Made by a program: the position numbers and the translations under genes. Below, piece by piece: positions 13,001 to 24,926 of a stretch of DNA of 64,000 bases (the stretch's first letter is position 1; each line of letters begins with the position of its first letter). The stretch covers positions 17,732,001 through 17,796,000 of the forward strand of contig NC_135261.1 in the NCBI RefSeq assembly GCF_964204865.1, written 5' to 3'. The stretch comes from Styela clava (Eukaryota). Under the pieces are notes generated by a model, which was not told the DNA's origin, ran no database searches, and saw nothing but the letters and a program-made list of their open reading frames with translations.

Positions 13001-16000
13001 CCAAAGTCGCATACATATTGATTGCACGGAATCTTGATCGAGCGAGCTTACTTAAGTAAATATTTTTTAAATTCAGAACCCTGAATTTGTAAGTTCAGTT
13101 TATTTTTTACCTGTAGTGGCGCAATAAAATTCTCCGTAAAGAGCTTTCATAGTTTATTTGCTATATAGCTTTTCACTTAGCACTAAGAAATCGTTGATTT
13201 AAACTCACACAGATAATTATGTTATATGCGCTATTCTTTGAATAACGTTTAAACCATTATTGTAAGAAATACCGTTAGAAATATACAATCCGTCTTTGGT
13301 GCAACCACATTCCCTTGGAGTCACACATCTTGTTCCCTCAAGCAAATAACCAGCATCACACACACAATCTTCAACTGTTGTGTTACGACAGCTAAATATA
13401 AAACAATTTATTAAATGGGGGAGGTCAGTGTAGAAAGAAATTACCTCTCATTCGATGTGAAAATTTCTTACTTGATTGACGCTGATGGATTAAAACAAGT
13501 GTCTTGACAAGATGATGAACACCCGTTGTAAGTGCTATGTGAGGGACATTGAAGCTGTGATATTCCTGTCACTGATCTCCAATTACAAAGATCTATTCCT
13601 TCCCTTTTGCAAGCATCTACATATTCTTCAAATACCTGGTGTGGCAAAACAATCTCGACAATTTATAACACAAAACGCAAACTATTACCGTATAAATTAT
13701 GTATACATAAAAGCGAACACAATTTGGCAGGCAAAAAAAAGCTTTTTTGGTGACGTAAGTTTCGTTAGTTGGCTAGTTTTCATGGAGACTTTTCCATATT
13801 GGACTAACTTATTTTGAATTAAATGATGAAATTTCAGTTTCAGTTTACCTACTTCAGTTTCAAATGTTTTCCTTTCCTTTTTTGTTAAAATAATGATTAA
13901 TGTACAATTCAACTTACTTGTGAAAGAACGGATTTATCTCCTTCAGTTACACAGACATCAAATAAACATTTTTCTGTGAACATTTCTGGATCAACATGTT
14001 GATGACAAGATGAAAACTGGCCATCAGGATTTAATAAAGCTCCGCAGTAATCAATAGACTTCCTGTCAAAATATGTTAAATTTCAGGCAGAGTTTTAATT
14101 ATGATTAATCTATTACGAGGCAGCCGATCAAAGTATGCCATCATATTTTCTTCGGTTATGTGGCGCATCGTGGTATGCGTCAGAAATACGCTCGCCACCG
14201 CGCCTCTCCTTACTCTAGGCTGGATCGCAAGTTTGAATCTCATGCGGGATAGTTATGCAAGAGTGGATTGCTGGACTCTTAATGGGGCCGTCATAGTGGG
14301 GTTCACGTAACCGCTGGTCAGTTACGGCTTCCTCCATCATCAAGTCCATGCTTTCGAAATCAATTAACTGGATAACTAATCCTATACCCGACATAGACTG
14401 GTAACCGGACGAGAGGCCGTGGTTCGCCATATGATTAAGCCGTCTTATCGGCTTTTGTCTCCTTGTAATAAATGTGTAAATCCTAAATATTAATATAGCC
14501 TAGCAAATAAATCTCACCACATATCTACTCTTTCAGGAGAACAAACATATGATGTTGCGTGATCACTTAAACAACTTCCCAACTGATATCCACCGACAAA
14601 TTGATCATGTGAACTTGCCATGGATCCTGAAGGTAAGAGTAGGTCGTCCGACGGGTCTCCATTGTAATCTCCGCATAAGCCACGAACCTAATGCACAAAA
14701 ACATATTATATGATCACAGTACTAATTATTATGGCGCAAGCATACGTTGTTTGTACAATGTCAATTGAAATTAGTTGGTGACTTTTCTAGGTTGGTGGTA
14801 TTTCTAAGCCTTTGGCGACGGGTTTTCAAGCACTGACGAACATTTCAGCAGTTTCGAAAGCTAATGTCTGGCTGGTTGATTATTCTATTTTCAATTTGAG
14901 AAAGAAACACAAACAAGCATATTTAAAACTACTTTAAAAAGCCTCTATATATACATACATACCTGTCCCTTATAGCTTTCGTTGAGCTTGATATACATAA
15001 CTTGTCCAGTAAATGATACTTCCAGACCATACGGTGTTGAAACAATTGCAGAGCGCCCGGAACGTGATATTGTAAATAATTTTGTTCTTGCCTCCAACAC
15101 ACGATCATTGTTCATCTATACATTTAAGTTTCCATATTCCAATATCGATATGTAAATTCAGGTTACAATTCAGATAGTACATAGATGTAATATTAGCTTT
15201 AATGGTAAAATATCACTGGGATTTCTACTAGAGATCGCCATTCATTTACATAACAAAATAAATTTAGTTTTAAAATGAAAATCCATATATATATTTTTAT
15301 AATGCAAAACTTGTTACGACATTCAGGTTAAAAAAATTAGCTGTTATTCTTTTTCAGCGGAGTATAAGTTTAATTATTACTAACATTCAGTGCTTGTCAC
15401 ACTGATTTGTATCGGAGATTAAAAATTACAATTCTTGTGTTAAAACGCTAAAAGTTATTGTATATTTACCGTGATTGTGCCATTTTTGTACATAACTATG
15501 TCCAACGCTTTGTCTTGAAGTTGTACTTGTACAGACTCTAGAAATAGTATCCTTTGGGTTTGATCTCTAGAACCTCCTTTGGCACTGACAAGAAACCAAC
15601 GTGGGTCATTAGGTGGTAGGGTATATGATGCTGACATGATATATCCACATCGACCATTGAAGTCGTACCAACCACTTCCATCAAAAGTTGTGTAATGGGG
15701 TGATCCCCAGGCTCTGCAAACATGTGCCGAATCTAAACATATAGGTTTTATTTGGTAACCATGGTAATGTAGATTTTATGAGCTACTAATTGACTCCTAA
15801 GATGTGATCCAATTATCATACTCAAAAAGGAAAAAGTTTGATATTGTTGTAGCATATTTCTGTGGTACTGATCCAATGTTTGAGTATTGATCATTAACTT
15901 GTTTAACTATTTTAAAATCAATCCAATTGGAAATCGGAGAAATTTGTGAATTTTAATATTACTGAAAACTTGTATCAGACGAGCCAATTGGCAAAAAAAA

Positions 16001-19000
16001 ACTTCTGTCGTAGTACCCTACATGTCAATCAGAGCGCGTATAGGGCGTTATTATAGAACATATTATGAAAACGTAGAAACAGAAATCATGTAATTCAGGA
16101 TACCTTCAAAATCTTTCACGCAAGTTTCTTGTCCTAGAATGTTTCTCTTACACGTTTCACTCTCATTGCAAGTATGTAAATTACAAAATGTGACTCCATT
16201 AAGACACTCGCATCTTCTTGTACATTGCCAAGATAATTGTGCTTCTCTGTTCTAAATATAAAAGTCCAACGTTAAAACATCACTCGATTGTGAATATTTA
16301 ATTAAACTTTTAGCACTTATTTAATTCACCTTGTAATACTTTCCTTCAAATTTGCAGCCACAATCCGACAGCGGCACACATTCTAAATCTGATTGCACGT
16401 TATCTTTATCGCAAACGCAACCTGTTACAATTGGAAAATATGCAATATTTCACAATTAAGTATTAAAAAATTATTTTTTACTGACGTTTGAATCATCCTT
16501 GATTAGCAAATAACAATTTTTGGTGACACTGGAATAGGATGACAAATAAAAAGTATATAAATAACGACTGTAGGTGCAACTGCAGTTATGCTTCACTTTT
16601 TAAACATACAATGCTAATATATATGAAGATGTTGTTATTGTTGATTCAAACTTTTAAATATTAGGCTAGTTTACAAGTATCAGATGATATGTATATTTTG
16701 CAAGCTTGTTAACTAAAAATGATATATAATACTTAAAATCTGTAAAATATGAAAATTATTTGCCAGAAAAAAATTTAAAATAAAATTATTGGAAGAAACA
16801 GAGGTGTAGGTAAGTGAGATGTGAATGACGTTTAGTATAAACTAAACCAGATGCTGGCAGTGCAGTGACGGCCCAATATTTTAATCCATTATAATATCTT
16901 GTTACATTTACATCATTTGTGGTTTGTTCGAATAAATATACACAATATCATGTTATGAAAATGTTCCTGAGAGTGTCATTTCATATGTTTATCATATCGT
17001 CACGCTAATAACCGAATTGCGTGAGTCAATTTTGGCGATTTTGAGTTTTTTATAAAATAGGTATTTATGTAATGCTGCGCACCTGTCTGTTAACTCAGAT
17101 TTTATTTTAAGAATTCTGAAACCCATAAAAATGGAGATTTAGTATGACATGCACGTGACATCACAAAGGCAAAATAACCTCGGCGAAGTATTTTAGAGTT
17201 TTTGCATCTCAAATTCTAGCTTTGCGCGTATTAATTTGAATTTATACTACAGTATAGGAAGACGTGCACTTGTGATATTCACTGTCCGAGTCCAATTCAC
17301 CTGGGTTGGCTTTTATATTGGGTGCATTGCTGTTTTATTTCTTAGATTTGATCTTAGTCTTATTTCGGTGGGTGTGCAGAACGTGTTATATTGATGCAAT
17401 ATATATTTTTAAACATGAAAAATAATGTAATTGAAACTGATTAGCTATTTTGGGGATTAGACATTGTAGATACTGAGAATTACATTCGTTTTTGGAATGT
17501 TCAGTTTTAGGACTGGTGCGTATAGTACAGTTGTAAAATTGCGTATGTCCCCAAGTCATAGACACATTTTTGCCTAAGTCACAGTGCGCCATTATGACGT
17601 CACTTAACTGCGTCATACAAATTAACTTAAATCCGGATACGATCAAAAAAATGAACCATGGCAAATTATTGATATTTATAAAATGATATTTATATTTATG
17701 ATATTGAATAAAATGATATTTATGATATGAGATGAGATGATATTGAATAAAATGATATTTAGGATATGAGATATTGATATTTATATTCATCCGGAAGCAG
17801 AGAACAGTCGAATAAACGGCTTACTCAAATAGCGAACAGCTACTGCTTCTCGTCCGGTTACAAGTCCAAGTTGGGCAAGTGATTACTTCAGTAGTTATTA
17901 TTCGTTTCAGATGTATGTGATTGATGGTAGCCGTGTGGCCCATCCAGTTCATGTGAACCCCCCTAATACAGCAAGGAGTTCAGTAATCCTCGTGCCCATA
18001 ATTAACGACCACAAGATTTGAACCCGCACACAACAACCAGAGACGCGATTCGCCAACCGTAATTTTCGTAAGATTTTATTTTATGCGTATTATATCCATA
18101 TATACCACAGAACTATATGTTTTAATGCTTTTACACCCTGTGAAAGTTTGACAAAATTAGTATTGCTGCAAATGATGTGATTACGTTACAAACAACAAAG
18201 TACGTCAGGCACCCAATATCACCTTTAATCTACCTTCAACGCACGTTGTAGAAAAGCAATAATCAGCGGCATCGGGATCTAAGCAGGTGTTTGGGCAACG
18301 ACTAGTGCAATGCGAGTACGAAGAATGTGATTGACACTTCATTACTGCATGTGAATAACTTATTATTATTATTATTATTATTATTATAAATTATGTTGGT
18401 AATTTATGTATTAAAAATAAAATTAAACTCACTTTTATTGAGTGAGCTTCTCCACTCATTTATCTCAATTCCTCTTCTCTGGCAGTTTTCAACATACGCA
18501 GCTATTGAGGATTCCGAAGCATCATTTGATCCATTGTGATAACATACGTCATAAAGACAGTTCTGAACAATAGAATGATATGAATGTAATATGTATAATA
18601 ATCTTCTTACAGGGTATTCAATTAAAAGAAGATTAACACATTTCTCGGTTATCATAACACTGTTTAACGTATTATAAAACAGGCAATCTGTTATTCTATT
18701 TATACAATGAAAAATAAGTCAAACAAATCTACGAAAATAAGTTATTGGTAAACCTGATGAAAAGTTTCTGACTCAACAGAATAACAAGCAGCAATCGGAC
18801 CATCTGAATTTGTGATGACAGAACATTCATCTTCAAATTGCATCAAATTATTTGAATCCAAGCAAGATGATTCAATCATGACATCAACAGAGTTACAACT
18901 TGAAATCAAAATAATTGCATTCTTTAGAAAAAAACGGTATAAACAGTAATTTTGGAACATTTTCTGTAAAATTTCGTTGGAATTTTTTCAAAACTAGTCA

Positions 19001-22000
19001 TGAATCAGACTTTCGATGAAGTATGCCATGAATCATTACACATCTTGTTTTGAATACAGATAACAATCGAACTATGCAAAACTGTATTGTTAATTATTCA
19101 CTTATGTATTCTGTGAATACATTTATTAAATTGATAAAATCTGGTTCATTTGACAAGGTTGTTAAAAGATATCCATCAAATAGGTGTTAACTTTCTAGTT
19201 TTCATTCATAAAATGCTGAGACATTGTAAAAAGCCATATCACCTTTTTGCCGGGTTCGTGGTAGGAATGAGATAGTGATTTCCAAACGTGTTTGTTTCAG
19301 TTAAAACAACTAATCCACCCTGAACTGCAAAATCATCTTCAGGACTATGGTTGTAATTGCCACACAATCCTTCAAAACGGAATAAACGGTTTTTACTATA
19401 CAACCTTATCAGACACAACTAGGCGCATTTTTCATTTCAAAACACTACTCGTAAAAAATTATATTATTAGTTCACTTGCTAATAATTTTGCTCATTCTTG
19501 GATCGAACCGCTGTGTTTTTGAGAGAATGCCCAATCTTCTCGTATAACCGAATGTGAGATTAGGTTTTCAGGTTTAAGTCACCTGTATTTATTTAAAAAA
19601 AAATGTAAATCGACGGACGGTACCATCACGTGGCGCAGTGTAAACATCGTCGGTATTTAAAGTAGCCTAATAGATACTGAATGTAAACGTAAACATATAC
19701 AAACATGCTTGTGCAAAATACTCTATTATCTATGTATACATAAGACGAAAAAACGTAAGAGAAAAAAAAAAGTATTGTGAGATATATTTTCAGTTCATAT
19801 ACCAATCGCAAATATAATCAATACTATGATAGTAGAACATCTCAACATAACTCATTGGACACGTAGTGGACATAGAGATCGTTTCAATATTATGTTGTTG
19901 TTGTTCTTGTTTTTTGACACGTTTTTAAAAAGTCGCTTTTCTCTTTGATTACTGGTCCAATTGCTTTGAAATTTTCAGTAATTGAGAATGAAATTTTTTT
20001 CTAGAAGACTATTACTTTTATTGATTTCTAAATTTTGTATGAATTCCATGAAATTCGATATTCTGTGTAATATTTTCATCCATGGGAAGGAACATGGATT
20101 TTAGTCCGCGTGATGACTGGCTGTACGTTTTGATTCTGCAAAATTCCTGCTACTGGAAATTTGGATTTTTCTATCGGTACCGGTAGCGTCAAAGGTACCG
20201 GTAAGGACTGATTCGCCCTCGTCTACGTGTCTATATATTTGAGTGTTGCTCTCTTGTTTTAAATGCAGCGGCACGTAATTGAGTGGTAACGGAGGTAAAT
20301 GTGGCTTGTGTGTTTATATGGAAATTGTACAAACAACAAGAACGATTATCACATGTATTCTACACAAATGGTATATACATATGATTATGTATATGCAATT
20401 ATTATAATCATGACAATAAATTCAAAGTTAAATTGGAGGCACATATCACTATCTATGTCACATGCTATCGAATTATAACAGAATAGATGCCTCAAGAATT
20501 TGCATACATTATCGAATAGTTTTCTTGCATTTTTTGAAACCTTGCTATCATGATCAAGGTTAACTTTATCAATCTCGCTGTTGAAGGTAGGAAGGACAGA
20601 GTGTTAATTAAAAAGATAAAATCAAAAAAGCAGACACACGATTATTTGATAACGGATGCTTCTAAAACTTGTATGGTTCTCAATTTTTAACAATTAAAGT
20701 ACGTAGTGTTCATCAAAATATTTTGATACTTGGGTTATAGGATAACAAAATATCACTTGTGCCTGCAGGTATTATAATATTATTTTTACATCAATTTATT
20801 CGGTGTGAAATTTCAATTAATCTACCACATCATTGTAGTAAAACAGATAATATCGCTATTCATACAGGCTTGTAATTTGATGTGGCATTCCAACTTTCGG
20901 TGGGTTTGTTTAATAAATTTATCTCTTTGTCTCAGATACTGTTTATAATTTCGCCATTTTTATATATGATAAGATGTTTGAATAAAAATATATACCAAAT
21001 AGACCTTTTGTGTCACCTGATGTATTGTTACTCCAATATCAACAGTTTAGGCTTCATAATTAGGTTTAAAGTATATGTAAAAGAATCTATCTCGTACCTT
21101 CTGTGTTACCGGAGTATTTGTCTGGTAGACCTAATGAAACATATCCCTGTCCATCATATGTAACGGTCATATCGAAATTTGTTGAAAGTTCTATAAATCT
21201 TCCGCTTGTTCGAATCACAAATTTGTTCTCGACTTCGAAGGGAAGACGTACTACAACTTTGTCCACCTACAATTTTTTTTTGTTTAACAAAAAGTAATGT
21301 AAAAAGACTTGATAGTACATATCAAAAGTGTATATATATATATATGTAATAAGATAGATTATCTTTATACTCTGACAGGCGGAGTCACAATACTTTTGCA
21401 AGTCGGCATTCATGTTATAAGATCAGCCACATTCATATATTTCCTTTTACAATATATTGTATTCAAATTATGTACTAAAATTGCACACCAGAAGTTTGTT
21501 TAACTTCGGTCTTTTCAGAGTTTTCAAAAAATGCACATATAAAATGGGTAGATTCAGGAACTTTATTTAATAGAAACGATTTTCTTTGTTGAAATATTTT
21601 TAAATTGTAAAGTGAAAACCTTGATTTCCAATACTCATTGTAAGTAGTGATAGCGTCAAACGTTTTTAATAATGGATGATTCAATGTTTTTCTTGTTTTT
21701 ACCAAGATTCTTTTTCCATATTGCATTTCAACTTGTTGTCCGAAAATATCAATTGTAACTTTTCGAATCCATGTTTCGCTTTTCAAAATTCTTGAATTTT
21801 CAATCTGAAAATTTTAATGTTAGTTTCAATATTGTGCAATGAAGAATATAGGAGAAAGACAAGTTTCTAACAACAAACATATGAAAGTGCAAGTGGTTTA
21901 CTTACTGATACATAAAATGACTCAATTGAAACATTGCGTGTAGATTTTGCCATGGTGTAGCTACAAGTTCCTCCAAACTTGTAGTTTCTTCCATCAAATG

Positions 22001-24926
22001 TTGTATAGTGAGGAAATCCAGTAGTAAAGCAGTATTTGATATTATTAGTATCTGAAACATACAAAATAAAATGCATGCTATATTTAGCTTACAATATAGA
22101 CACGACAGCGTTCGTTAGTTTGAGTAACTATTGAATTGATCGGCATGTTAATTTTCCATACTTCTCTTAAAAATGTCGAATGATTTCGATGCAATGTCCA
22201 CTTGTGTATTGTATTATGATTTTTTTTCGTATAGGATAATTTTCTGACATTCATGGAATCTACATACGTGTATATACGAAAAGTTTGCTTGAAAACGATT
22301 ACTTATGCATTTCGAAAAAATATTCACATAAAACTATAATGTTTAATAAAAAGTTGCACCCTTTTCAACACAAGTTGGAACATTGCTGGACCATTCTGAG
22401 GAAGAGAGGCAAATAAAATCGGATGATTCCTCAAGTTCATATCCTGAATTACAAGCAAATTGTATTCTATCTCCTTCGGAGAATGTTTGAGTCTCAGTAG
22501 AAGTCATATAACCATTTGTCGGTGGTAACGGTCGTTCGCATTCTGTAAAACATACAATAATGAGTATATATTATCAATTTGAATTTTTCCTCCGAGGGGA
22601 ATAATAGGTAACATCGCAAATTGACTTATGTTAGTTATCTAAGACATATACATATCGAGTTATTGAATAAAGTGTTCTGGCTTACAGTTATGTACAATAT
22701 ACAAAGGACTTTTCAAATGCACTCACTTGAATCACAACAATATCTAATTTTGTAATCATTGCAAACTCTATCATCTTGTTGTTGATTGATACAAGTTGCC
22801 CCATAATTTTTCTCAATTTTGATCACATCTTCTCCCAAAGTATAAGGATCCCCGTTTAAAAGTCGAACCTGCGAGGAGTATATAATCACTCAAACAACTT
22901 GCGCTCTTCCGTACGCAAGATTGTAAGAAAACTACAAAATAAAGCCTATAGCCACGATTGTAAGCTATGGCGCATTCAGGAACCTAAATCTTTTGCAATC
23001 ATATTTTCTTTCAAACACTTACGTTGGTTATTTTATTATTCTCCTAGATTTCAAATTTCGAAGAGATTTTTTTAAATCATTCTTGTACTAAATGGGCATC
23101 ACAAAATTGCATCGTTCCAAATACTTAAACTGTGTTTAGATGTTGACACATGTGTATAAATTGAAGCAACATATTTAATAAACAACAACCTGGTCCGACA
23201 AATATAGGCATCACACTGTTGTTGAAAATATAATATCATCGTAATACGTTTACCAAAGGCCGTGTTAAGAAATTCATTCTTATTTATTTGCGATAATCTT
23301 TCGGTGTTTCGCTACGGAACAATAGGATGAAAGCGTAAATTAAAAATGTAAATACCTCCATGCCGGACGGTTTGTCACATTCAACGACCCCTTCGGCTCT
23401 GTGATTGCTGAATAACTCAAAATCTCCTGCCCCTTTCGGATCATCGTCATTCGCCCACGAACCCCAAGCCCCGGTTTTGCAACTTCCAAATTGTGAGGTG
23501 CCTAGAATATCATGCATAAAGTCGAATAATATTTTATTTTTCTATTTACTATTTACGTGTATTACAACTATATCCAAAAGTTTCAAAATCGTATACGTGT
23601 CATTTAAGTTTGAATACGTGATGTCATTTGATTAGTTTGTCGGATACAATGAAGAGCTAGCTCACGTGACCATGTATACAATTTCACTGAACTGACATAG
23701 TATCAAAAAATGAATTGATGACTTCAATGTTTCTTGACATAACTTAATATTACCTGGGAGGGCACAGCGATATTTAACGAAGATGTAAGAATTTCCATTC
23801 AAACATGGATTGCCGAAAACATCTTCGCTAGCTAACAAAGTACAGCGTCGCTTTCCGTGGCAAACTTTCCATATAGTGTTGAAAGATGAGTACGACATAC
23901 ATTCTTGGAATGTTTGAAATTTTAAAATAATATCAGGTTTTGGCTGCAGACACCTGGAAACAGTAATTAACATAAATTAAATTACTTCATAGTTCAAAAT
24001 AAACACATGTGATTGACTGTATTACAAACGAATTATATATAATATATAAATGAACGATCGGAAAAATGCTAATTATCACCACGAAAAAACATAATTATAG
24101 TATTTAAGTTCATTGTTGCTATCTATGTTATAAAGTGGTATTTACGACACTTATATTATAAACGACAATGAGATGTTGTTTGTACTTATTGTAACGGAGT
24201 ATAAATCAAATTGTATAAAAGTTATATAATATATTTGTTACATACACATTTCTTTCCATTCTTCCATAATAAGCATGGTCAATAGAAAGTAAATGAAAAT
24301 CTTGGTTGCATTCTAATGTTGCTTTTTGATTGTTGCAAATGTATTCAACTTTAACTTCATTTTCTAGAAAATATATCAAAAATAGGTATCGTGAATGTAA
24401 TTTACTCATAAGATGTACCTTTATTACAATTCCATACCGTCATAAAAATTGTCATAGCAACCACATAAAACAACCATAAAAAATAAAACGAAAATCAGCA
24501 CCTTTTCGTTGTTTTAATGCAGTAGCATAGAGTGTTTATAGTGGGTTTAAAATGAATAAATAAATGCCTAATGTTCGACCATATTATTATAAACAAAAAC
24601 CAGTATAACTTTATATATAAAATTTTAATTTTTAATAATTGGTGATTGAAAATACTCCACAACATAATTCGATCGAAAACATAAGATAATCATCAGATCC
24701 AGGTTTACGTTACCAAGCATGTTGGCAACGCTTCTTCCAAGACAATTCGCCCGCAGCTAGTGTTTTCTAGGTATACTGTATATGATCTGGAGATGAGTGG
24801 TTTGAAATACCACATTCGTCATGTTCCATATTTATTGTTTTACCAACCTGTAGTTTCTGGGTTATTCCTTTGAGAGGATGTGAGAGCAAATAATAATGTC
24901 CAAAGAAAATAAACAACGTAATTCAT
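940..24926 (-). CDS. Secreted CILP-related mosaic protein (SUEL-WxxW-Sushi-VWD/C8/TIL x2-EGF/Sushi-CILP C-terminus), ~45 exons, ~2222 aa
   Basis: Hand-assembled exons: 24926-24848, 24363-24246, 23953-23754, 23501-23356, 22868-22727, 22542-22360, 22051-21906, 21804-21703, 21266-21098, 19369-19243, 18898-18754, 18562-18433, 18344-18234, 16421-16330, 16251-16104, 15732-15470, 15115-14963, 14687-14518, 14062-13918, 13635-13472, 13391-13273, 12888-12778, 12351-12232, 11812-11627, 11219-11043, 10714-10538, 10058-9870, 9179-8997, 8705-8517, 8025-7906, 7635-7586, 7500-7365, 7021-6845, 6374-6281, 6021-5838, 5660-5481, 4724-4569, 3809-3693, 3393-3288, 3207-3028, 2803-2749, 2420-2283, 2106-1980, 1583-1435, 1255-940. 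All introns are GT-AG except one GC-AG, phases are compatible, and the total of 6669 nt is divisible by 3. Confidence 0.85.
4869..5380. mobile_element. hAT-type non-autonomous element in an intron
   Basis: Left end CAGTGGTTCCCAACC, degenerate right end ..AAACCACTT, 8-bp TSD GCCTAAAC on both sides. Confidence 0.7.
7365..12351 (-). CDS. EGF-Ca and Sushi/CCP array (EGF, 4x Sushi, EGF, Sushi, EGF) plus TILa-like module (exons 23-32)
   Basis: EGF exons start DVNEC or DIDEC and contain CxNxxGSYxCxCxxG. Sushi exons follow CxxP...NG...G...YxCxxGY/F...C...GxW...PxC. Each EGF and Sushi exon is a symmetrical phase 1-1 exon. Confidence 0.9.
9395..9610. mobile_element. hAT-type MITE
   Basis: TIRs CAGGCGTGTGCAGCA / TGTTGCACACCCCTG; TSD (T/C)TATAAAT. 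A related end lies at 48182-48240. Confidence 0.8.
10292..10404. mobile_element. 113-bp hairpin MITE with GG...CC ends and 8-bp TSD (Merlin-like termini)
   Basis: CTCTAGAAGTATGCGCACCAAGATG ... CATCTTGGTGCGCATACTTCTGGAG; flanked by CTAAATTT on both sides. Confidence 0.8.
11332..11587. mobile_element. Degenerate MITE-like inverted-repeat element
   Basis: CACTTGTGCCACACTTGTCCCAA versus TTGGGAATAGTATGGCCAAGTG, with internal CCTAAC repeats; no clear TSD. Confidence 0.45.
12778..15732 (-). CDS. Second VWD-C8-TIL assembly (exons 16-22)
   Basis: [14 protein letters not shown]...[40 protein letters not shown]...[46 protein letters not shown]. Confidence 0.9.
14160..14470 (+). mobile_element. tRNA-derived SINE-like element
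   Basis: A-box-like TGGCGCATCGTGG and B-box-like GTTTGAATC. The body (GGATTGCTGGACTC..GGGGTTCAC..GTAACCGGACGAGA..GTTCGC..TAAGCCGT) is shared with the inverted copy at 17790-18065. Confidence 0.7.
16104..22051 (-). CDS. First VWD-C8-TIL-TILa assembly (exons 7-15)
   Basis: [44 protein letters not shown]...YVENCQRRG...[20 protein letters not shown]...[18 protein letters not shown]; typical of zonadhesin/FCGBP/tectorin. Confidence 0.9.
17670..17790. repeat. AT-rich degenerate minisatellite (ATGATATT-based) at the SINE tail
   Basis: Repeated AAATGATATTTA / TGATATTGAATAA units. Confidence 0.6.
17790..18065 (-). mobile_element. Diverged second copy of the SINE-like element
   Basis: The minus strand has a B-box GGTTCAAATC followed by GGATTACTGAACTC..GGGGTTCAC..GTAACCGGACGAGA..GTTCGC..TAAGCCGT. 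Confidence 0.65.
18360..18388. repeat. (TTA)n microsatellite
   Basis: About 9 TTA units. Confidence 0.85.
22727..23501 (-). CDS. WxxW (Mucin2_WxxW / CILP N-terminal) domain, 2 exons
   Basis: [19 protein letters not shown]...[10 protein letters not shown]...[23 protein letters not shown] follows the WxxW...P...GDxE...CxDYxxRxCC consensus. Confidence 0.85.
23754..24363 (-). CDS. SUEL-type (rhamnose/galactose-binding) lectin domain, 2 exons
   Basis: [28 protein letters not shown]...VC...[35 protein letters not shown] matches the SUEL pattern A-x-YGR ... C-x-GK-x-x-C ... FG-[DN]-PC ... Y-x-C. Confidence 0.85.
24848..24926 (-). CDS. Exon 1, signal peptide of the mosaic gene
   Basis: Translates [26 protein letters not shown]: a hydrophobic core then small residues, followed by a phase-1 donor G|GTTGGT compatible with the next exon. 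Confidence 0.75.

Noticed and set aside
17386-17790. 134-aa ORF with repeated KYHFIQYH
   Set aside because: Produced by an intronic AT-rich minisatellite.
24713-24766. Possible extra exon ([18 protein letters not shown]) after the signal-peptide exon
   Set aside because: The available GT donors give phase 0 or 2, incompatible with the phase-1 acceptor at 24363; exon 1 joins that exon directly.
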